From the NCBI RefSeq assembly GCF_009914755.1, contig NC_060927.1: DNA of 64,000 bases; one strand, written 5' to 3'. The notes under the pieces were generated by a model. The model saw only the letters and a program-made list of their open reading frames with translations, was not told the origin of the DNA and searched no databases. Origin of the DNA: the human T2T-CHM13v2.0 reference genome, Homo sapiens. Numbering within the stretch: the stretch's first letter is position 1; every line of letters starts with the position of its first letter. The position numbers and the translations under genes are program-made. Positions 28,467-40,456 of this stretch are shown here, piece after piece.

Positions 28467-29047
28467 AACTTTGTAATTGTGCAAATACTTAAGTAGTTAC
28501 TAAAGCCATGCAAACAATATTTGACTATGTTTTAAATCTCTTAGGCCCCTCTCTCCACTTCTTCCCTCAATGTGGCATACGACACAGGTAGATGAAAAGA
28601 GTTGACACAGGTAGATAAAACATGTTACTGTGAATATCACTGGCTAGAAAATGGGATTCTTTCTGTTTATGAGGTTGCAATACATTGTATTATTTGCAGC
28701 TTTTGAAATAGAATTCTCTGGGAATTATATTTCTTAATATTGCAGTTCATGAAATATATAGTTTTAACGGCTAATGTAAAGGAGACACACACATTCCTAT
28801 TTATGGGTGATGATGATAATACACAAATACTTTGGCCATGATAAAACTGACATGCCAATAAATAATTAAAATCAGGAATCTATATTATATTATGAAAATC
28901 AGAGAGGACATTTAATTGGTGGAGATATTGCATTTGTTCATCTAAAATGAGTTAGAGATATTTGGCATGGATAATTTTTAGTGAACTTGTAGGATTTGGT
29001 CTTGAAATCTAACTACAAAACAACTAGAAAAAAATGAGTTGTAAATA

Positions 29048-30920
29048 GTTTTTTAACAGCTATATTAGGTATAATTGATATACAAAGAATTGCACATATT
29101 TAGTGTTTACAATTTGATGAATTTAGACATATGCAAATACCTATGATACCATCACCACAATCAAGACAATCGACATATTCAACACTCTCTGAAGTGTTTT
29201 TGTGTACCTTTGTTGTTTTTTGTTTGTTTTATACTTTAAGACAAGAACACTTAACAGAAGTTTAACTTTATGCTTATTGAAAAAAAATTTCTCATTTCTC
29301 CTACTCCCAGCCCCTGGTAACCACAATGATATTCTCTGACTTTATAAGTTTAACTATTTTAGATACCTTACATAAATGGAATTATGTAGCGTTTGTTCTT
29401 CTGTAACTAGCTTATTTCAGTTAGAATGTCCCCCAGATTAATCTATGTTGTCTCAAATGTTAGAATTTTCTTCTTTTCTGAGGCTGAATTATATTCCATT
29501 GTGTATGTACATGTGTGTGTATATATAAATATATATATCACAGTTTTTAATTCATATATCTGTTAATGAACATATGTTGTTTCCATATCTTGGCTATTAT
29601 GAATAACACTGCAATGAACATGAGGGTGCAGATATATCTCTTTGAGATCCTGATTTCAATTCTTTTAGATGTATACCCAGAAGTAGAATAGCTGTATCAT
29701 ATGGTAGTCCTATTTTCAATTTTTTGAGGAAACTCTATACTGTTTTCCATGGCTGCTGCACTATATTACATTCCCACCAACGGTGCTTAAGATTTCTAAA
29801 TTCTCCATATTCTCACTAACACTTGTCTTTTGTTTTTCTGACAATAGACATCCTAACAGGTATGAAGTAAACTCTCACAGTTTTTCATTTGCATTTCCCT
29901 CATAATTAATGATATTGAGCATGTCTTCATGTACCTGTTGGCCATTTGTGTCTTCTTTGAATAAATTTCTCAGTCCCTTGCCCATTTTTTTAAATTAATC
30001 AGTTCATTTGTGTTTTGCACCTGAGTTGTACAAGTTCCTTATATACTTTAAAAATTAATCCCTTATCAAATGTATGGCTTGCAAATTTTATCTCTTATTT
30101 CATAGGTTGTCTTTTCCAATTCTGTTGATTGTTCCCCTTGGTGTGCAGAAGTTTTATAATTTGATATAGTTTCTCTTGTCTATTTTGCTTTTCTTCCTGT
30201 GCCTGGTACCAAATCCAGGAAACCTTTGCGAAGACCAATTTCAAGGAGATTTTGTCCTATGTTTTCTCCTAGGAGATTTACAGTTTCATGTCTTATATTT
30301 AGACTTTCATCCATCTTAAGTTCATTTTTCTGTATGGCATAGGTTAAGGATCCAATGTCATTCCTTTGCATGTGAATATCCAGTTTTTCCCAACACCATT
30401 TGCTGAGAAGACTATTGTATCCCCCTTATGTATCCTTGGCAACTTCTTCAAAGATCAGTTGACTATTCTGGGCTCTCTATTCTGTTCCAATAGTTTATAT
30501 CTGTCTTTATGCCAGCACAGTACTGTTTAATTTGAAATCAGGAACTATGATGCCTCCAGCTTTGCTCTTCTTTCTCAATTGTATCTTTTGTAGTTTCATA
30601 AAATTTTCAGGATTTTTATCTATCTCTCTTACAAATGCCATTGGGATTCAATGAGGATAACATTAAATCTGTAGATAGCTTTGGGTAGTATGGACATTTT
30701 AACATTATTAAGTCTTCCAATATACAAACAAGAGATGTCTTCCATTTATATGTGTCTCCTTTAATTTCTTTCATCAATAATTTGTAGTTTTCAGTGTACA
30801 AGACTTTCACCTCCTGGGTTACATTTATTTCTAACTAATTCTTTTAGATACTTTTTAAAATAAAATTGTTTCTTAATTTATTTTTTAGATCATTCATTGT
30901 TAACGTATAGAAACACAATC
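29048..30920 (-). mobile_element. L1MA8-10/L1MB-like LINE-1 3' fragment
   Basis: Antisense 3'UTR plus ORF2 remnants (ORF 30616-30810 MKVLYTENYKLLMKEIKGDT; ORF 30180-30371). Confidence 0.85.
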
Positions 30921-31573
30921 TAACTTTTAAGCTTATATATTCTGGTTAATTTCTTTCCATAAGGTTAACTGAGATTATAAACTCTACCTGTCCTTTGGAT
31001 CATTTTGTTTAAATGGAATATCCTCTCAGACATGACCAGAAATAGGGAAAGTTTTCAAGTAGGTCATTGGTATCTGCCCTCCTCTACCTCTCCTGACAGA
31101 CTGACAGAGAGGGATTTAAAGAGAGAAAAACACACACATATACACACACTCAGTCTAAAAATGTAAAGAAAGTATTAGCACTATAATGTGAGTATTGCTT
31201 TTTTGTCATTCTGTCTCCTTAACCATCAAAAACATTGTCATGATGCACAAAAGATATTTTATTGACCATAAACAATTAAAAGCTTTGTTTTAATAAGTCT
31301 CTTTAAAATACACTTTTTTTCAAGTAAAAAATTTAAAAGAGCACATTTTCATTTTTAAAAAGTCAGCAATTCCTTCAAGTTTCAATCAGCTAATTATTGT
31401 TTGCTTATATCTATGGCTTATTCATTCAGCAGAGTAAAACTAGAATATATATTCAAAAAAATTCTTTCTTTCTCAATCTCATTTCTCCTTTACAATGTCA
31501 AATATGAGGTCAACAAAAGACAGACATCTTTTACACTAGAGATGTAAAATTTTCCATAAACTTTAAAACAAAT

Positions 31574-31640
31574 TACACTATAGTTTATTATTAGTATAGA
31601 GTATACTATAGTATATTATTAGTACATAATATACTATAAT
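31574..31640. repeat. 28-bp AT-rich tandem repeat, ~2.4 copies
   Basis: TACACTATAGTTTATTATTAGTATAGAG / TATACTATAGTATATTATTAGTACATAA / TATACTATAAT. Confidence 0.75.
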
Positions 31641-34409
31641 ATCTGATTAGTGTGTGGTCAGCTACATTAAACATACTGTACATATTTCCCTTGAATAATA
31701 ACCAATTGTGGAAAAATAAGATAATTTGTCAAACATTTTTGAAAAGAAGTAAAACTTTATAGCCTATTTTATACTTACATGTTGAATTCTTTGTTTCTCT
31801 ATGTCTATTTATAACCAATGGGAATCAGCTCTTCACCTAAAAATGTTCTATTTAAATGGTTAGCATTTTTTGCATATATCAAATTATTTTTGTACACCAC
31901 CAAAAGGTAAATATAGCTGGTTTAGAAAAGTTAAAACAGTAAATGATTGCAAGTAATAATTACATTGTTGCCTGAAGTGTTAATAAAATATGGTCCATAT
32001 CAATGGTCTATCCTGTTTGAAATCATTAACCAATTGAGCTGTTATGCAGTTGCTAGGCATGGGTTTATAGAGTGTCTTTCTACCTACCATACACCTACCG
32101 GCTTAGGCACTAAGCACCCAGAGACAGACCACAGCAGGAAAGAGGTTAAGAAATTAAGTGATGCTTTACAAAGTAGACCACAAGAAGCAGGTTTTGTTTT
32201 ATTATTTACCTTGTGAAAAATGTCCAAATGCACCTGGCATAAATTTTTTAGAACTTGATGGCATAAGTATTGGATTAATATACTCATTGGCATAAGATTG
32301 AATATGCCTATTATCAAAAGAAACATTTTTGGCTTCCTTATCATTCTTTACTACATTTTTCCCCAACATATCTTCTGTTGTCAAAATTGTTTCTTGCTTT
32401 GACATTTCACATAACTTATGTTATCTGACTATTGTGTATTTAGGTTTTTATGGAATAAATATTAAAGTAGTCCTAAGTATCTATTAGTTAGCTGTATAGT
32501 TTCTAATGTTCTGCAATATTTTTATATATATCTGGTAATGAATATTTTACCAATTTAAATAAACATGTTCAGCAATTCACAGCCTCAGTTCATGGTTGCA
32601 TTTCAAGAGACCTTACGAAGCGCATTTAATATTGTTTTCATTTGTCCAACACTAAATGGTGTCAAAATTAATTGACAAGATCTTTCATTTATTTAGTTTT
32701 TGTAATGTCATAGTTGCATATCAAAACCAGAATGGACTTCTCTCTGGCTTTTTATGTTACATTATATAACACGCTTTATTGCTCGAACTTTTGTTCCCAA
32801 CCCCAAATCTGTTGTTATATTTTACACTTTTAATTTGAATTAGAGAATTCTAGAACTCAGTTATGTTTTTAATTTTTTTAATCTTTTAAATATATTTTTA
32901 GTTGAAATGATACTTAAATATAGTTGTTAATTCCTCTTTATCTGACTTTTCATTTAATCATTTATTTGTTTTCCCAGGTTTCATAATGATGACTTTTTTC
33001 TAGGGAAAGAGAGATCTTTTATAAAGTGACATGAAACCCCTCCTTGTTTTTATGAAAGAGCTGATACATACATTCCTTCTCCTAGGTTAAGATTTTGAAC
33101 AAGGGAAAGTTTAAGTGTCTTTGACATTTGCTTTTATTTAAAGTCGTATTGAAATTTTTTGCAGGTAGACTGACAGTTATAATTTTTTTTCTCCTATTAC
33201 CTTTTAAAACCACAGCTTGGTCTCTAGAAGGAGTAATAATAGGGGAGTTAGAAAGCTAATTTACCGTACTTGATAATGTTAGGCAAGTAAGAGACTTTGT
33301 CAGGTAAAAGAGGTGCTTTATTTTGTAAGAGTATTTTTTTTTTAGCAGACTATTAAGCAAGATTTCTTTTCTATCTTTCACCAAAGCTTTCCAATTGTTG
33401 TATGTTTCTCTGTGGATGATGTTAAAAGTTCATTTCTCTGAACAAATTCAAGAAATTTTCTTGACCCTGCTCCTTTATAGGTACCCTTGCATAGCAGTGC
33501 TGACCACTTACATACAAGACACCTCTGGGCAGCTCATACCTTATCTTGGCTATGTTTTACTACTGTGGTTTGTTTAAGAAATTTTGTTTTTAAAGCTGTT
33601 TTCTTATATAATGAAATTGCATAAGATTACTGTGTCTGAAAAATAATGTTTTCTTAACTGAGCACAAAAACATCTCTGCACATGTCTTTGATGTTTTTAT
33701 TCAGTTCTTTGAAGGAGAACTAATGCTGATGACTTCTAGTATTTTAGTATCTGATAGCTTCTACGGTTTTGAGGGTTGTCACTTTTTAAAATATTTTGTT
33801 TCGTTTTTGTTTTGTGTTTTTGTTTTTCCCCATGATGTTGTTTCTAATTCTTACGCATTGAACTGATGTTTCCCATTTAATTTGTAAGGCTGCAGATGTT
33901 GCATACTCTTTGGCATAGTGGCTGGAAAAACTCTCAGCAGCCCTAGAGATGTTGAGTTAACTTATGACAATTCTAACAACATGCTTTCTTTCCTCCCTAC
34001 CTGATCTATTAAATAATATTTATTCATTAGTGAAAATTAGCTACAGTGTATCATGAAAGAGATGCAGATTGTCCATTTCCTTGAAGAAATGCATAATTAA
34101 GTTCAAAAGATAAGGTACCATCTGATTTAAAGACTTTTTTGACAAAACATCAAGGAATATTCTCTTTTGTTTGACCAATAATATATCCTTTAGGTGACTC
34201 GTTGGGTGGTATTAGGAATACTCAAACATTCAGAAAGGCTTTTCAGCAAACGTTTGGCAAATCACTCAATGATCAGACATTATCCTTGTTTTGGTGATGT
34301 TGCACTGTCTCTCTATTCTTAAGATGTTTACATATACAATACAAAGTTGGAATCCTTCCCTCTCTCATCCTTGGTAAAGACAAAAACAAAAACAAAAAAT
34401 AGTATATGA

Positions 34410-34770
34410 ACCTAATTTTGTTTTATTTATATATGCAATATATAAAATATAAATTTTCCTAAGTCATATTAATAATATGCATGTATTTTATTGCTCAAAG
34501 TATTATTTACATATCAAATATATAAACATTTTATTTGTATGTAGTCTATAATATATGGTAATATATATTAATGTTACATATTTATATATAGAATCATGAA
34601 TATAATTTTTATTTATAGAATACAGAAATATTCTAATTTGTTTATAGACTATGCACACATACATTCTATTATATAATTCTTATATTTGATAAAATAATAT
34701 TCTATAAATATATTTTATATATTTTATATTATATTTATATATTTATATATTATATATAAAATACATATCT
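34410..34770. repeat. AT-rich low-complexity (TA-like) tract
   Basis: Read directly. Confidence 0.8.
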
Positions 34771-34959
34771 AGTTGAAATCTAATGTTTTTAACATTTTTC
34801 TGAAGATGAAAATCTTCAAAATACTTTTGCAAAACACATTCGTGGGCTCTAGTCCAGACCTAAAATATCACAATTTATAGGAATAAATTCTAGTTATCTA
34901 CATACTTAATAGTTACCCCAAATGATTTTTGTCAGAAATTATGACAGTCACTGTACTCT

Positions 34960-35215
34960 AGTCAACACAGCTTGGCGTGTCATACGAGGGATTTACAAGA
35001 TGGCTACCAACCAGCTTTACAAGTTTATCTCCTGTGACTACCCTCGTCTATGTTCCAGCCACAAAGCACAAGACCCCTATGGTATTCATGCCTTTAAGCT
35101 TTAAACTTGGTATTTCCTCTTCTCAGAATGCCCATTCCTTTCCCTTTATTCATTAGTTGAATACCTTGCAATCCTTTAGACTCAGCTAAAATATCAGCCC
35201 CTCTGGAAGACCTAA
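34960..35215 (+). mobile_element. L2 fragment
   Basis: TGTTCCAGCCACA...TTCCTCTTCTCAGAATGCCC...TCCTTTAGACTCAGCTAAAATATCAGCCCCTCTGGAAG. Confidence 0.55.
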
Positions 35216-35239
35216 AATACAAAGTTTATATTAATAATT

Positions 35240-35465
35240 TTAGCTAATAACTTTTTAAGTTGTTTTCATGTACTATGGTACCTTGCTAAGTTCTTTATTT
35301 ACATTTCCTCATTAAGCTGTATATCATCACCCTCTATGCCTAGCTATTGTTGATGTCCCCATTTTATAAAGGAGGTAGATACCAAGGCTTAGAGTAGTTA
35401 GTTTGTTGGCCAAGTTCATAGGACGGTAATGGTGGACAAAAGGTTCAAACCTAGATCTACTAGAC
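35240..35465 (-). mobile_element. MIR SINE
   Basis: CCCCATTTTATAAAGGAGG...CCAAGGCTTAGAG...GGCCAAGTTCATAGG...GGTTCAAACCTAGATCT. Confidence 0.7.
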
Positions 35466-38400
35466 CCTCTCAAAACGGGAATCTAAGAGCCCAGACTCTA
35501 GGGTCCTCCCTGGATTGGCAGCTGAAGCTAACCCATCCTTCCCGCACAGACATTATAATGAAGCAGCATCCTCTCTGCTCCATGTCCAGGCAGATCTCTA
35601 GGCATTTAGTGTGACCACTTGCTTGAATCAGCAGCCTGAGCTGGCCCATCCTTCCTTTGCATACTGTGGTAAAGTGCCGCCTTCCCTGCCCCAAGTTCAG
35701 GTGTATTTACCTGTATAAAAATAATTCAAAGCACACATTTGCATGGATTTGCAGACTGAACAACCTCACCCTCCATGTGTGGAGATTGTGGTGCATCAGG
35801 GCCCTCTACACTCCACACACAGACAGATCTCCAGGCATCTGGAGCACTCCCTCCCCTGAGTTAGGAGTCTAGGTTGCCTCCATTCCCCATGCAGAGAACT
35901 TGAGGCCAAGAGATTCCTCAACTCTGTGGCTAGGCACACTACCAGGTGCTTGATGGCCACCTGCTAGATTCTGCCTTGGTGCTGGGGCTTGTGTCTGGCA
36001 TTAGGGGACCTCTATGCAGGCCTGCTCAATCTGGCCCTGCCCATCTTGCTCCCTGAACTGCCCTGCCCCCCGGCAGGGCTGAGCAGGTAACTCAGATCAC
36101 TGTGCAATCTATGGATCAGACTGGTGCCCAAGGCACCAAAGAGCTTCTCCCAGTAAACTAGGATGAAGTATATACCCAGCCACGTTGGCTGAAGCCAGCT
36201 CTTACTCATAAGTGTCAACCGCTGGCATATAGGTTGAACCACGCAGCCCAATATAAAACCTGCCTACAGAAATGGCTATAGAAGGGAAGGCAAAAGACTC
36301 TACCCAATATTCTGTACAGTCACATACCCTAAGAAGTGGGGAAAAGAAAGGGAAAGAAAATAAGTAATATCACAGGGTAAGAAAGAAAAAAAATCCTACC
36401 TGTATAAAAATAATTACAAAAGTTAAAAGTGCCATCATCTCCAGATAAGAAGAAACCAGTACAATAATCTGCCATCATAAAAATTCTGAATATAGTGATG
36501 CCACTAAAGAATCACACTAGTTCTCCAGGAGCATTCCCTAGCCAAAATGGAAACTAAGAAATGACAGATAAATAATTCAAAACATGGATTACAAGGAAGC
36601 TCAATGAGATCCAACCCAAGATGGAAAATCAACACGAATAAACTAAAGTAATAAAGAAAATGAAGGACGAGATAAACATCTTTAAAAGAAACAAGTCAGA
36701 GTTTCTGGAATTGAAAAACTCACTTAAAAGTTTCAACATACAATTGAAAGCTTTATCAATAAACTGAACCAAACAGAAGAATATCACAGCCTGAAAATGG
36801 TCTTTTGAACTAAGTCAGAAAAAAAAAAAACCTTTTTAAAAATGAACAAAGCCTTTGAAAGATATGGGATTATGCAACATGACCAAACTTATGCATCATT
36901 GGTGTTTCTGAGAGAGAAAGAGAAAAAGTAAACAACATGAAAAATATATATGGGAATAATTCAAGAAAATTCTCCTAATCCTGCCAGAGAGGTACAAATC
37001 TAGATAGAAGAAATCCAGAGAACACCTGCCAGATACAATAGAAAATGAACATCACCAAGGCATATAGTCTTCAGATTCTCCAAGATCAATGCTACAGAAA
37101 AAAATCTTAAAGGAAGCTGGAGAATAAAATTTAAAAAAATTAAAAAATGAAAAGGAAGCTGGAGATAAGGTCAGATCATGTACAAAAGGAACTCCATCAA
37201 CCTAACAGCAGACTTCTCAACAGAGATGTTACAAGACAGGAGACATTAGAGGGCTATTTTCAGCATTTTAAAGAAGAGAAATTCAAACCAAGAATTTTAT
37301 ATTCCCCAAACTAAGGCTCATAAGTGAAGGAGAAATAACATTTTTCCAGACAAGCAAGCACTAAGGGAATTTGTTACCACTAGACCTCCCTTACAAGAGA
37401 TCTCTAAGGGTGCTCTGAATGTGGAAATGAAAGGACAATATCTAGAATCACAAAAACACATTTGAGTACATAGCCCACAGACCCTATAAAACACCCACAC
37501 AATAGAAACAATGAAGTAATCAGCTAAGAATTTCATAATAGGATCAAAACCTAACATATCAATATTAACCTTGAATGTCAATGGTCTAAACACTCCACTT
37601 AAAAGGCATAGAGTAGCAAATGGTATGAAAATTTAAGACAAATCCATCTGCTATATTCCAGAGACTCAACTCACACATAACAACACCCACAGGCTCAAAG
37701 TAAAGGATTGGAGAAAGATCTGCCACACAAATGGAAAACAAAAAAAAGTAGGAGTTGTTATTCTTGTAGCAGATAAAATAGACTTTAAATCAACAACAGT
37801 AGAAAAGAACAAAGAAGGGCATTATATAATGATAAAAGGTTCAATTCAAAAAGAAGACTTAACTATGCTAAATGTATACACACCTAACAATGGAGCATCC
37901 AGATTCATAAAACAAGTAATTCTCAACCTGCAAAAAGACATAGGTAGCCACACAATAATAGTGAGGAACTTCAACACCCCACTGACAACATTAGACAGAT
38001 CATTGAGGCAGAATACTAACAAAAATATTCTGGATGTAAATTTGACACTTGACCCATTGTATCTAATACACATCTACAGAATACCCCTCAACCATAGAAT
38101 ATGCATCCTTCTCATCTGTACATGGACCATACTCCAAGATTAACCACATGCTCTGCCATAAAGCAAGTCTCAGTAAGTTCAAAAGTATCAAAATCACATC
38201 AGCCATGCTATCAGACCACAGTAGAATAAAAATACAAATCAATATCAAGAAGATCTCTCAAGTCAATGAAATTACATGGAAATTATACAACTGACTCCTG
38301 AATGATTTGGGGTAAACAGTGAAGGAATCAACTTTTTAAAACTTTGACATAAACAAGAACAGAGACACAACATGACACAATCTTTAAGAAAAAATAAAGG

Positions 38401-39030
38401 AGAGAAGATTCAAATAAGCACAATCAAAAACAAAAAGGGTGAGATTATAGTGATCCTTCAGAAATACAAAAGACTCTCTGAGACTATTAGTTAACACCTC
38501 TGTGCACTCAGACTAGAAAATCTAGAGGAAATGGATAAATTCCTGAAAACACACAATCTCCCAAGATAGCATCAGGAAGAAATTGAAACTCTTAAGAGGT
38601 CAAATATAGAGTTCTGAAATTGAACCAGTAATAAAAAAAAAAAAACCTATCAGTTATAAAAAGCTCCAGGCTAGAGGGAGTCACAGCTGAATTCTACCAG
38701 ATGTACAAGAAGAGCTGGTACCAATCCTATCAAAACTATCTTAAAAAATCAACGAGGATGGACTCCTCCCTAACTCATTCTCTGAAGCCAGCATCACTCT
38801 GACACAAAAACCTGGCAAAGACACAATGAAAAAAGAAAGCTACAAGTCAATATTCCAGATGAAAATATGAATAAAGATGCAAACATCCTGAACAAAATAC
38901 TAGCAAACTGAATTCAGCATCACATCAAAAATCCATCATGATTAAGTTAGCTTAATTCCTGGGATGCAAGGTTGGTTCAACCATATGCAAATAAATAAAT
39001 GTGATTCGCCACATAGAAAGAATTAAAAAC

Positions 39031-39905
39031 TATTGCGGGATCTGGCCAGCAGCCTGCAATGCAACAGGGCTCTTTCTTTGCTCCCAGGCAGATCAGCAGG
39101 TCAAGAAATAAAAGACACACACGAGATAGTGAAAGCTGGGTCCAGGGGGGGTCACTGCCTTCTGGTCCTGTGATGTCGCCAATGCACAGGATGTACCAGC
39201 ATTTATTATTAAGTTTAGTGAGGGCGGGGGTAGGTTAGTGAGGGATTTAGGGTCATTTGATTATGAGGTGAGATTGTCACATGGGGATGAAGTAATTCTT
39301 TAACATAACATCTGTATGCAGAAGTACAGTATATAGAGATAAGAATTTACAATATAGTGTGTGCATCAGCAATTTCTAACAGAGCCTTAAAACAGAAACA
39401 CAGTCTTTCCATAACTTATGATTAGCAAGATATTAATCAGCAGTAACAGTGGCAGCAAAAGCTGGTTACAAACAATCAATAGAAACAGGACATGAAGTTA
39501 GACAACCAGTTAGACCAGAAATTCTCAGAAGGGTGTATGCCTTAATCCTAAAGAGGCCTAGAAGAGCCGTGGCAAGATAAGGGTGTTTATAGCCCTATCT
39601 TATCCATATGGACAGGCGACCCTCATGCATCCATTTATAGACTCTCCACAAGGGTCGCATTCCATTCCCAGAGCTATGAACATCTGCTTTTCTGGGATAG
39701 GAATCTTGGTGATGTGAAACCTCCCTGACTGCACATCCATTCATAGGCTCTCTGCAGGGGGAAGCACATCACGCGCTGTTGGCTCATTCTGGCAGCCCAT
39801 CCCGGCATTGTCTTTACACAATCCCGCATGCAATTTTGTATTTACAATAATCAGGAGCATTTCCTCTTTTATTCTGTAGCAATAGTTTCAGGGGGTCTCC
39901 CTACA
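39031..39905 (-). mobile_element. ERVK-class solo LTR, MER11D-like, 875 bp, perfect 6-bp TSD
   Basis: - strand starts TGTAGGGAGACCCCCTGAAACTATTGC and has AATAAA near 39205. TSD AAAAAC at 39025-39030 and 39906-39911. L1 ORF2 resumes on both sides. Subfamily name from memory. Confidence 0.85.
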
Positions 39906-40423
39906 AAAAACAAAACCAAAAGAAATGATCATCTCAATAGATACAGAGAAATCTTTCAGTAAAATCCAACATCCCTTCATGATAAAAAAACCCTCAAGAA
40001 ACTAGGCATTGGAGGAATATAACTAAAAAAAAAAACCATTTATGTCAAACCCACAGTTAACATCATATTCAATGGGCAAATGTTGGAAGCATTTCCCTTG
40101 AAAACTGGCACAGACAAGGATGCCTTCTCTTACCACTCCTATTTAACATAGTATTGGAAGCCCTAACCTGTGCAATGAGGCAAGAGAAAGAAATAAAAGG
40201 TATCCAAATGGGAAAAGAAGAAATCAAACTATCTCTCTTCATTGACAATGTCATTGTATACCTAGAAAACTCTAAAATTTCTGTCAAAAGTCTCCTGCAA
40301 CTGATAAATGACTTCAGGACAGTTTCAAGGTACAAAATTAATGTACACAATTCAGTAGCATTTCTATATACTAATAACGTTCAAGCTGAGAGCCAAATCA
40401 AAAATGGAGTCTCATTACAACAG

Positions 40424-40424
<1 letters not shown>

Positions 40425-40454
<30 letters not shown>
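40425..40454. repeat. (CA)n microsatellite inside L1 ORF2
   Basis: Read directly, ~15 units. Confidence 0.95.
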
Positions 40455-40456
<2 letters not shown>

